NCBI GenBank assembly: GCA_028023455.1
Contig: JAQFVV010000009.1
Span: forward strand, 8,804,001 to 8,868,000
Reading direction: 5' to 3'
DNA: 64,000 nt
Source of the DNA: Epiperipatus broadwayi
Lineage: Eukaryota; Animalia; Onychophora
Positions 27,301 through 38,444 of the stretch are shown here, piece by piece (position 1 is the stretch's first letter; every line of letters begins with the position of its first letter). The translations under genes were made by a program, and so were the position numbers. The notes beneath the pieces are model-generated. The model did no database searches. It saw only the letters and a program-made list of their open reading frames with translations, and was not told the origin of the DNA.

Positions 27301-29382
27301 TGAAACAGGGTTATAGAATGAAATAATTACTCACATATCAGGAATAAAGTGTTAGCCTTGTAAATAAATTAAAATTCCAATTTTATATAAGAAACCAAGT
27401 TTATTTTAAACAACCACCCCAAGAATTGTTCACTAGATGACAAATTATTGAATATCAAATATACAAGTAGCTCTAGTCATGAGACCATAATGCCACCTAT
27501 CAGATGTATTTTATTATATCCCACTGGAAACATACTTATTATGACATGTTGAAATTTAATACCTATATTACAATGCTTATGGATAGCATAGTAAATAGAT
27601 GAATATTTCTAGTTGATATTAAAAGGAATTATGATTCATCAAGCTTATTTGCATAACACAGGAATTAGTTTATTAAGATTTATCTTTATTTATATATGTA
27701 TATATAGAAAGTTAATTACACAGCTAACAGTTACCTAACAAATATATAAAAGTGCCAAAGCACAAAACCGTTGGATAAATTATATTGAATTGTTCCCAGA
27801 ATTACAATCAAATTCTTAGTGTTATTGTCTTATTTTGGATATCTATAAATTCTTGTACTAATTTAATCACTTTAACCAGTATAGTAATTAGTTAAATGCT
27901 CAATGTTTCAGTGAAGTTTCTAAGTTTTGTTTTCATTTTATTTAACTTGTATACAAGTGTTAAAGAATGAAAATATGCTTAATGTTATATAAAGTAAACA
28001 TTCATATTCAATTAAAGGACACTACTTTAACTATATCAGGGTATTTGACACCAGGTTGAATTTTTTTTAAATCTGACTTGAGACACAATTTTCACAATAA
28101 CTTCAGCTTTAATAATGTTAAAGCAAAATGCTATATATTGATAGAAGATAGAAACAATAAGGAAAACAATAGGACTAAAACAAATAGTGATTACCATTAA
28201 AAAAGTGAGGGGAAAAAAATTTCAACATCTGAAAAAATTATTACTTTATTGTTCATAATTATTAATTTACCAAGTTTAAAATTACATTTTCATTAATTTC
28301 TTTTTCTTCCTCACAAAATTCTCATTCAAATCATATATAATACTATTTATCTGAGATAATCCATAGCTTCAGAATTTACAAAAGTAGTAGCCCAAAAGTT
28401 AAAAAATCTGAAAGCATCTATAAGAAAAAGATTCATCCTAATAAAAGATGTAAAATTAAATCATTTCCAGAAAGTTGATATACATTTGTAATCAGCAATT
28501 GGCTTGTCTATCCAAAACTAGAAATTGAAGACTACTTTTTGTGTATGCCAGCAATGCTATCTTGTTATATTTGTTGTTCCACAGAGTTATAATTTATTTG
28601 CATATAGCTCATTTGCTAGCTATAGATCTTAAAATGTGATGCAAGATGTGGTAAAACTACTGACTCCACAGCACTAGTACCAAGGCATAGGTAAGAATCA
28701 AGATTTGATTTTAAGCCTGCATACAATTCCATGTGGTATACATAACAATTAGGTTATCAATGCACACCACTTGAAACCTCTATCGGTTTTAAGAATATAT
28801 ATTCACATGGTAGTATGCCCTGTAAATGTTGTGATTGTTTTATCAACTGCAACCTTTCTATACATCTGATAATCGGTCTTAAAATTTATCTTGCGCTGCT
28901 CTATAATATTTTATATATAAAAGTCGTTACTTATACAGATATGCAAGTACAAACACTTACTACAAATATAAATGCACTTATAAATTATTAAATCTTTTGA
29001 GTCATTATGTCTATAAAATAAGATTGCCTCAAACTTGGATCAGTGTTTCGAAATTACATTATACATAAATCACTACTTTTGTCATACTTGAATACGAGTA
29101 TGATTTATATACTACATGGACACTAATACAAACTAATAAATTATACATTTATCACATTTTCAGGAAGAAGGCTGTGATGTAAATCATTGAAGCATGTTTA
29201 ATCCATTTTATTAAGGAGTCTGGTGATAAAAAATTGTGCCTTTCTCTTTGTACCATAGTAAACTGAACAGAAAAACAAATGAACTTAAAATATTAATAGA
29301 AAATTGAAATTTTATCCAATTTTAATATGCCATACACCATTTTAGAAAGTAACTCAAACCACAGAGAATAATTGTATTTGTC

Positions 29383-29495
29383 ATCAATAGATGGCGTCTT
29401 TACCAAAACCGCCGAAACAAGTGTAAAATATGTTTACATAAACGCTTATGTAAAAATATTTTACACTTGTTTTGGTAAAGACGCCATCTATTGAT
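29383..29495. repeat. Short foldback / MITE-like inverted repeat
   Basis: The left arm ATCAATAGATGGCGTCTTTACCAAAAC...AAGTGTAAAATAT pairs with the right arm ATATTTTACACTTGTTTTGGTAAAGACGCCATCTATTGAT. The left arm has a 9-nt insertion and the central loop is tiny. Confidence 0.8.
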
Positions 29496-30536
29496 CATAA
29501 ATAACAAGTGATAGCAGGTTACGTGACTAACTTGTTTTTATTTTTCATAATTGTATTTGTGTATATCAATAATTTTTTTGGTTTTCCTGGCAATGTTAAA
29601 AAGAAGTTTAATTTCAAGGAATCAGCGGCAGCCACACTTAACAGTTATGCCAAGATAATTCAGGTTTAATCCCTACTACCATAATTTAATGATTATAGTT
29701 TTAAGTTATCCTTGAAATTAAGTTGAATTTGTATCTTAAATCAAGCTAAGTACCTTGTTTGACATCACCCATAGTGTAAATATTGCACATACTAGTTATA
29801 AGGTAATTTTATTGTAGTATGCAATTTCATGACCTATCTTTTAGTTACCAATGTATGTAAACTTAAATTCTAGCTTTAGTTATTTCGTTATATTACTTAG
29901 ATGGGTCTATACAATTGAACCCCAATTCATATTACCAAATATATTGATGGTAGATTTAGTCATAAGAGAGTAATATTAGGGAATTATGTTTTTGTACATA
30001 TGCATATGACTTGTCATCAAGCATAATTCTTTAGTTTCGAATTACAAATCCCATAAATATTAATGCAGTCTAACTCCTGGGCCATATAAATTATCGCTTT
30101 CTCACAGGTCCTATTTTGGGATACATAAGATAGATGTTTTTAATTCAACTATTGGTGGCCAATGAAGCGCTATGAATACTAACCATGATACCCAAGATTA
30201 ACATGGTCCACATTGAGTACTTTAAATATAAAAGGATTTTTTTTAATAATAAGCACAGTATTTATGAAGCATCATTGGCCATTTTAGTGATATAGTAAAC
30301 CATTAAGGTGAGGGCAAGATATGCATGTTTTAAATGCCAGAAGTCATGATTTTTTTTAAATTGATAGTGCCCAAGGACAGATATCTAACAACAGAGTTAT
30401 TTACTTTCATAAGCATTTTATTATAGCAAGTGAAGAAATGTTTTATACATACATTTTGTTGGGTATAAAATATTTATTTGCATTAGTGATTTGCACATTG
30501 TATGTACTCAAATAAGTTCCCTCAGATAAAATTATT

Positions 30537-31050
30537 TTGACAGGTATTCTGGAAGCAAAAAATCAAGAACTAGGGCCTGGAGCTACAAGTCCAGATATGA
30601 AAATGATTTTCAATGAGTTACAGGAACTAAAAAAGTTTGAAGAGCAGAAAATAAAACTAAAGAATGAGATAGCGAAGTTCGGAATTGATATGGATAAAAC
30701 ATTTGAAGAGCAGAAATTGTGTTTTGATAACATGTTTGAAGAGCAGAAATTATTAGAGCTGAAGAATGAGATAGTAATGTCCAGAGTTGATTGTAGTAAA
30801 AAGTTTAACAAAAGGTAGGCTTTAGAGATTTGAAAGATGAAGTTAATGTAAGGTTCAATGTGTCTAACACATAATTCAAAGAATTTAAACATTTTGGAAT
30901 TAAATTTTGTTAGAAGATAAATGTAATGCTACTAAGCTTGAAGAGATGAGAGAACAAAACAAAATGTAAAAATAATTTCATCATAGGTCTGAACTATTCT
31001 GAAAATAATGTGACAGATGATGCAAGTTCAAAGGCCGAACAATGTAATTT
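30537..31050 (+). mobile_element. Decayed LINE ORF1-like coiled-coil fragment
   Basis: The ORF has a heptad-like, thrice-repeated FEEQK segment (tttgaagagcagaaa). Just downstream the sequence reads NNFIIGLNYSE, resembling the NLIIxGLPE motif of LINE ORF1. Confidence 0.45.
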
Positions 31051-31284
31051 TTTGAAAATACATTAAAAGAATGCATCATATCAATTTAATATCTGTGACT
31101 ATTAAATGTTGGTGTAATCATTGCCATAAATGTAAAATGAAGATACCCATTACAAAGTATAGCTCAAGTGACAGTAGGCAGGAGAATCCTTTAATTAAGC
31201 ATCAACATAAGTATTCTCTTAGAATTTTTTAAGCATTCTTGTTATATCACATGATCACATTTCCTATACTAGCACATTAATTGT

Positions 31285-31671
31285 TGATAAACAGCAAAAC
31301 TCTCCATACAGTATTGCCACCTGTGCTAAACAGAGTAATCAATGGATGCCAGAAGGCTTGTGCATAAAATCCCTATCTAATGCCTACTCATCCAATATCC
31401 CCAGACTAGTTTCTGGCTTGTGGCCTTCATCAGAGTTAAGTAGAGATAAAAGGTGGTTGCTAGAGGGTTGCATTAGATCCTAAGATCTAGATGCAGTGCT
31501 CTCAGATCCAAAGCTCCTCACTGACGAAGGCCACAAGCCAGAAACTAGTCTGGGGATATTGGATGAGTAGGCATTAGATAGGGATTTTATGCACAAGCCT
31601 TCTGGCATCCATTAATTACTCTGTTTAGCACAGGTGGTAATACTGTATGGAGAGTTTTGCTCTGTTTATCA
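31285..31671. mobile_element. Inverted pair of Penelope-like element (PLE) terminal repeats
   Basis: Near-perfect arms of about 150 bp (31285-31433 and 31521-31671) flank an 87-bp spacer. The arms carry a hammerhead core. The spacer reads LSRDKRWLL on the plus strand, reminiscent of the NRDxG tail of PLE GIY-YIG proteins. Confidence 0.65.
31515..31556 (+). ncRNA. Minimal type I hammerhead ribozyme motif
   Basis: UCCUCA-CUGACGA-A-GGC(CACAA)GCC-A-GAAA-C(UA)G-UC/UGGGGA: stem I is 6 bp with one G-U pair, the core is CUGANGA and GAAA, helix III is the palindromic ACUAGU, and the cleavage triplet is GUC. The junction of stem II has an extra A on each side. Confidence 0.75.
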
Positions 31672-32544
31672 TTCTTGTTATAATTGCGAAATGGAATGAT
31701 GCAAGATGCTGCAGAGATATGAAAAAGTAGTTCACAATAAGCTCTAGAATTATGAAAGATAGTAAATTAACCTTCATTGCCTTTGATGTAGCTATGGGAC
31801 AGAAGTTATAGAAGATATAAAGAATATTACAAACAAAAAATATAAATGATTAGCTCAAAGTTAGAATACTCAAATTATAGTCATCAGATAAATAATACAA
31901 AAGAATATAATGTTCTCAACTCAATAGCCATGAATGCTTGTTCATAACAGGACAAGTATTTAGCACCGCCTGTTGATCATTCCAGGGTCTAAACACTAGT
32001 AAATGTGATAGATCGGATATAAGACCACATTTTAATTGCCACTCTTACATATCGACTTATTTAGCACAAACCTACAATAAAATTTAAGAAGTCTTTGGAG
32101 ATTTGTTGGACACATGAAAAATATTGAAACCAAGGTAACGTCATCTAAAGGCTGAAAAGGTATTTTATAATTCAGAATGTAAAAGAAGGGATGAGTATGT
32201 TGATAAAATTTCACACTTATATTGCCCCTAAAGATTTATAAATATCCTAATAGAACAAAAAGAATACGATATTGAAGCATAAAGTAAGTGAAATATTGCA
32301 ATTAGTTTAGTCTGAAAAGGGCACTTTCAATGCCTATAGCCTAAAATTTATAGCACAACTAATGTAAAACATAATAAAGTTAGATAATATCTAATGATAG
32401 ATGAATTCAATAACTGCAAGAAAAACCTAATTAGAAAGGTTGAGAGTATGATAGGAATGCAATTTCAGATTTGACCATTAAACTTAAAACAGGTGAACTT
32501 TAGGACATGTTTAGTTTTCAATAAAATTTAGTGGCAGGATTTGT

Positions 32545-32895
32545 ACCATTTGGGAGACCTATTCAAAATATGATTGTGTGTATAGTATTTAAATGTTTTT
32601 GTATGTCAACTTATTTTACTTTGAAATAATTGCTAAAACTGCCAATTGATAACTATCTGGCAAGCAACCCAAGACCTAATCAAAGATTTTAATGTCTTGA
32701 CTAAGTAAATTAAAGGTAGTTGGTATAAATATTTAACACAAACTTCAATAACAATTTTAACTTTTGATCGCATTGTATTTGAAATCACTAATAGAAGAGA
32801 ATAAAATGAAAACACTGATTTTAGGGAAATTATTTTATTGAAATCACATTATTTACTTGCACATTAATGAATGATTAATACACATTACATTTAAA
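32545..32895. repeat. Unclassified ~400-bp interspersed repeat, copy 2
   Basis: Same-orientation homologue of 23960-24345. Confidence 0.75.
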
Positions 32896-33051
32896 ATTAT
32901 AGTAAAGTTCAAATCTAATCGAAACAAAAATGCATTGTATTGATAGATAGTTATTGTCTGCATACCTAATATAAAAGCAATTATTATTTCTAATTAAATC
33001 TTGAGTTATGTTTACAAATATATGATTAATATTTATTTTACGCATTTGGTG

Positions 33052-33165
33052 ATTAAAATATAAAAGTAATACTGAATCTAGTTTGTATAAAAATAAAACC
33101 AGAATGAATATTAAAATATAAAAGTAATACTGAATCTAGTTTGTATAAAAATAAAACCAGAATGA
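33052..33165. repeat. Tandem duplication, 58-bp period
   Basis: attaaaatataaaagtaatactgaatctagtttgtataaaaataaaaccagaatg is present twice and is essentially identical. Confidence 0.9.
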
Positions 33166-33901
33166 TTAAAGCAATTTAAAATAAATTGTATTTTATTCAG
33201 TTTCTAAAGGGAATTATTTTTATTGAGAAATATTTTAAAACTGAAAACATTTGTTTAAAAATAGATCAAAAATTAGCAACTAAGTAAATATTTTTAAAGC
33301 AAAGAAGGGGGAAAATTAACTAATAAAGGCAGATGATTGTTTAAGAAAAAATTGAGGGAAAATTAAATTGAAGAAAAAAATGGGATTACAGATTGAGGAA
33401 CAAGTAACTGGTTTTGATTTTTTTTTATCCTAAAAAGATTGCTCAAAATTACTTAAATTTTTTTTTTTTTTAAAAGAGGAAGGTAATGGATTTTACCTAC
33501 GTAATAATTTAAAGGATATGGGTTATAAAGTTTTGTTAAAATAAACCAGTAAATTAAATTGATTTCTACGGGCAAATCAGTAGTTAATTGTTCTTGGAAA
33601 ATTTCTTGAAATCATTATATGGAGAAAAGTTGTATATACCTACCAAAGTGTTTTCAAGGAATACATCCACTGTAGGAAAATCTTGGGATAATACTGGATT
33701 TAATTGATAAACAAGATGAAGTATTCATGTGTTGTAGTCAAAATAATTGGTCATGATTAAGTTACCATCCAGGGACAAATAAAAGGCAACGTATTCCTGA
33801 CAGCTAATTATGCATTTTTAAAAATATCTAGAACTAAATTAGTAATAGATAATAATAGAACTAGGTGTGAATGTAAAAGCATACATCATAATCAAAGATA
33901 A

Positions 33902-35200
33902 ATCAATAGTAGTTTGCTAGACAGACACCGCCTAATGGTGCCGTTTATGTGCTAAAGCACAAAAATGCCATTTCCGTGGCTACCAGCATGTTTGAACCCG
34001 CGTTTACTATAATACAGCATTTTTGTTATGTTACCGATTGCAGATCTCTTTGTCGCATCGCAGTAAATAATTTTTGTGAATTCGTGCACTTCATACATTT
34101 TTATGGCTTCGCGTGAGGGTGTGTGTATTTGAATTGTATGAAAATCATTTTTTTTAAATATTGAAGTATTGTGATTTTCTTAAGTAATAATTATCCGACT
34201 CTACACCATTTTGTATTGAAGTTTTAAGCGGAAAAACCTTGTACAGATAGATGTGTGAAGATAGCTTGAATTAGATAATGTGTCAAGTAATGTACTGTTC
34301 ATAACATTCCACAAGACCAACAAAATGGTGCAGGTAATCGCACATGTTCAATTCTGTGATTTACCAGCAACAGAATCAGATGCTGGGTCATTTGCAAAAT
34401 AAATGCTTCCACATTCAAAGAAAGGTGTTTGTGGATCAGCAAAGAAGTTATTCTGTTCTAAAAGAACTTCAATTTTGCTGTCCGTTGCATTTGTGCAAGT
34501 GAACATGTTCTGTTTGAAAAATGAGTTGGGTTGATGGCTCCAGAATATCATTGGTTCAAGCAATATGTGATACATTACTGGAGCCATGAACAGCTGAGTG
34601 TTTAAGCCATCCAGACAACTGTCGATCTGCAGAAAGGCCATTTTACATTGGACCTACAGTACATGGGAGCTGTGTTTTGAGAGTTTGGCAGCTTGACCAT
34701 GCTGTCAAATTGGCGGGCCCAGTTTGACAGTTGAGGTGGATGAAACTATGAGGAGGAACAACCAGGGAAGAGTACAACCTCAACTGTATTTTTTGGGGTG
34801 TGTGCTGTGAGACATGAATGTTTCTTGAAATGTGTTCCTTGCTGATCTGCATCCACACTTTTGCAGGCACTGATCCACACTTTTGCAGGCACTGAAAGAC
34901 TCAAGTCTGGATTGACTATCTTCTCTGACTGTTGGAAGCGTTCGCTGATCTTGAGGCATCAGGATTCCATGATGTGACATGAATCATACCTACAAATTTC
35001 CAAACCATTGAGTGTCTTTGGGGTCTTTTAAAGTGGAAAAATAGGAAACAACATGGAACTCACTGTCAAACTCTGCCAAACTACTTTGCAGAATTTATGT
35101 GGTGACATCACAAGGATGAAGATTTTTCCTGGCTATCTTTCCAGAGATGTTTTTTGACATGGCACTCCCAGTAGGATTTTACCAATGGCATTTGAAGTTG
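33902..35200 (+). mobile_element. Merlin transposon with a pseudogenised DDE (IS1016/IS1595-like) transposase
   Basis: Broken-frame translation gives SV*KMSWVDGSRISL, IHYWS, KAILHW..WELC, GGPSLTVEVDET, RRNNQGRV, TIFSDCWK, NHTYKF, TIECLWGLLK and YFAEFMW, so all three catalytic residues are visible. A degenerate TIR (aatagtagtttgctagac) and 5' subterminal similarity to the 539 and 13431 elements are present. A 22-bp tandem duplication lies at 34851-34894. The right TIR was not found. Confidence 0.88.
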
Positions 35201-38200
35201 TTCTTATTAATAGAAGTTGATTTTAATATTTTTTGTTGTTCTTTTGACTTGTTTATTTTTACAAATGTTTTCATTTTTTAATGTTTACCTAACAAAAATT
35301 TCTTTTTTACAAATACCGTTTGAAATTGATCATGTATTTTGAAGATATTTTAAGATTTGTTGTTGTAGTTCTTTTTGAAAACACAAACCAGTTTAAAGTA
35401 TTCATTGGTTATATGGGTAATAGTTTTTAAAGTTACCAAGTTGTGTATGATGTGGGTTTTTTTGGTAAATCAATGCCTGAATGGAGTGAAAAGCAAGACC
35501 ATTTAGCTTTCTTGGTCACTGAGTCCCTTTGAGGCTGATCATGACCATTTTACCTCTCCAGAAAAGCCTGGAGCACAATCCATTTATTTTATTTATGAAG
35601 CTCTTGTTGAATTTGATAAATGGAAGAAAGTATGATATTTTTGGCACATCACATTCATGTTAATTAGTGCTACCGTCAATGCAGTTTATTTGTTTTGAAG
35701 TAAACTTCAGATGCCAGCTAACTACAAGAAGTAGTTAACATGCTCTGAATGATGGCAAAGTAATTCAGCACCTAAGAAATCCCTACTCGCTCAATGGAAA
35801 CAAATTGAATAAAACTATATATTTAACTTATTTGCTAAATTTTTCTTAGTGGTATAATTGAAGAATTACCTGACAAGTCTTAAATTTTCAAGAATAATTT
35901 ATTTTATAACACTTTAAACCAATTTATAATTCATTCATCATTTTTTTCTGCATAAAGTAATAATACATAACATATCAGGCACATGTATTGTGAATAAACA
36001 TAAAGCATTAAAATAAGTACAAGGCATTGAAACATGCACATATATTTCACCATAGGCTACTTGTATGTTTAAGAAAGTTCTATTATGTTCATTTTTAGTT
36101 GACTCGAGATACTTAAAGATTGCAATGGCTACTTATAAATTAATATAAAAAATTAGGAATGGGCATAAGAAAATGTTATTACCTATAGGATTTTAAACAA
36201 GTGGCTTCTTGCTCTTTGGTGCTGCATGTGTGGTTTACCAATCAGTTGGATTTTAGGCTTCTGATGTGATCCTGATCATTGAGTTTTTAGGCTACTTTTA
36301 TTTTAGACAGTTAGGCATTCTTGGTGGCTTCAAATTATTAGATGGGCATGGCTTCTACCAAGAAGACTGCTGATGTTCTTGTGGATGAAGGCTGGAGCTT
36401 GGTCGCATGCTCTGACTTCTGCTTAGCATGGCATTGTATACATTGAAAAATACATCTGATAGGTGATTGAATCTAAATAAATGAATGACTAAATGATGAA
36501 ATTTGCAGTTCTATTTATGTGATGCCATCTTGTTGTTATCTTTTAATTAATTTTAAATCTGCTAATTATTTTCATTGTTCAAAATCCATCCACTCCTTAT
36601 ATTGATTAAATTTTGGATAAGATGCATTTTAATTAGTCCTGTTGTTTATGGATTTTAATTTATTAATTAGTAGCCATTGCTAATCCTATCCCTATGCAGC
36701 TTATCAGTATATGCAATCTTTTTAAGGGAATTTTTAAATTCAATTATAAGCTTTCATTTATTTTAATATTTAACTTTCATATTTTATTTATACACATCTA
36801 TACACATTTTAATGTTTTTTTAAACAATACACACATTTTCTTATTTTCTTTTAAATAAATGATCAGAGAGAAATATAATTTTTAAATCTTTTTTATTTAG
36901 TTAAATCCTCCCCCCCCCACATTGTTTTATTATTTTAAACTAGTACAACTTATACTAATAATCTATGCTACATCTTTTCAACAAAATTAAACAAAACTTC
37001 TTTTTAAATTTCACTATTGACATCAGACTTCTAACACTATTTTTTTTTTTTTCAATATATTTTTGGAATAAAATTTTAATCTTAAATCTTTTATTATGAA
37101 ATTTATAATGCTTAAATAGCGGTACAATATGTATCATCTAACTATTATAAAAAGATTTTCAAATTATTTTTTTAGTCTTTTTATTTAATTCTGTAGAAGA
37201 AATAAAAGATTGGCTCATAAATTTAAAGAAATTTATCTGCATAAAAGTTAATGAACACTAAGATAATTAAATTATCATTCTGGATAGAATTGAACTTCAT
37301 TTTTTATCAAAACTATTTAATAAGAAGTTGGGGCATAGTTTCTGTTTGTCTAATAATTTTAAAAAACGGATTAAATGAAGAATGAAGTAAAAGATTTTGG
37401 GGAACCAAACTTCCATTATCTTCATTTTAAAACTCATATGATGTTCTATTATAATAATGCAGATAACTTTTTAAAGCTATATTTTACTTATTCAAAAGAT
37501 ACATCAAGATAATTTTTTATGGCTTAGAGTTTATATTTTAGGTTCTTATGGATTGGTTTCATTTTATGAAATTACATATATAAATGTGTCTGGGGGAAAA
37601 TGAATTACTATGACTAAGATATACATAATGTCATCATTGGTGGTAAATTTGCTGCCTATCACTTTTTATAGCATCTTAATTATAGGGCTATATTATAAAA
37701 ATTAGTTCTTTATATTATTAACCATATTTTATATACACTATCATGTATTTGAAAATAAGTATATTAATGTTTTCTGCAGGAATAATTATTTAATTTTAAT
37801 TTCATATTTTTTAACTAAGACCATTGTGATATTTTCAGATTACTTTTTTCTTTGAATTCTAGAAGCATATAAAAAAGATATTGCCTTTTTCCAAATAAAT
37901 ATAGAATGGAAAATTATTGATTTGAATGATTGGTGTTTATTTATTCTATATCTATAAAATAAATGAAACAAAAGTTATACTAAATGAAGTAGTTCCTAAA
38001 AATCCATGACATAAAAATATGAAACTAAAATGCCACCCTTATAAAAAGAATAAATTATTTTTAAAAATCTGGCAGAAAAGAGCATACAATATTCTGAACA
38101 AGTATTAATTATTTATTTAACAATAAATTTGCTCTGATGCAATTAAGTATATGTTAAAGAAAAAAAGTTGCAATTTATGAAATAATTACAGATTTATTTA

Positions 38201-38365
38201 ATATGGAGGGGAAATAGAATTTGTATTTCTCATAGACAAACAATATTTTATTACAAACATTTTAAGTAATTTTTATAAGATTCTGATATATGAGATTTCA
38301 TAATTAAGTATGACTAAACTACATCTTTTAAACCCAAACACAGTTATTTTTTTTCATATGTCAAA

Positions 38366-38437
38366 TGTGTTGACTGGGAAGCGAATCAAGACCAGCTGCA
38401 TGGAAGGCAGCTATGCTAACTACTAGGCCACCAATGC
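38366..38437 (-). pseudogene. tRNA-Gly(TCC) pseudogene (or tRNA-derived SINE head)
   Basis: The 72-nt sequence GCATTGGTGGCCTAGTAGTTAGCATAGCTGCCTTCCATGCAGCTGGTCTTGATTCGCTTCCCAGTCAACACA is colinear with eukaryotic tRNA-Gly-TCC. The anticodon stem-loop is intact, but the acceptor and T stems are mismatched and the B box is mutated. Confidence 0.85.
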
Positions 38438-38444
38438 TTGATAC

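Noticed and set aside
29160-29190. Plus-strand acceptor followed by EEGCDVN (ankyrin-like)
   Set aside because: It is too short, hits a stop immediately and has only a weak donor.
35400-36500. CR1/L2-like RT C-terminal remnant (also weak traces near 28.7 and 32.0 kb)
   Set aside because: The similarity is only impressionistic and too degraded to annotate without an HMM search.
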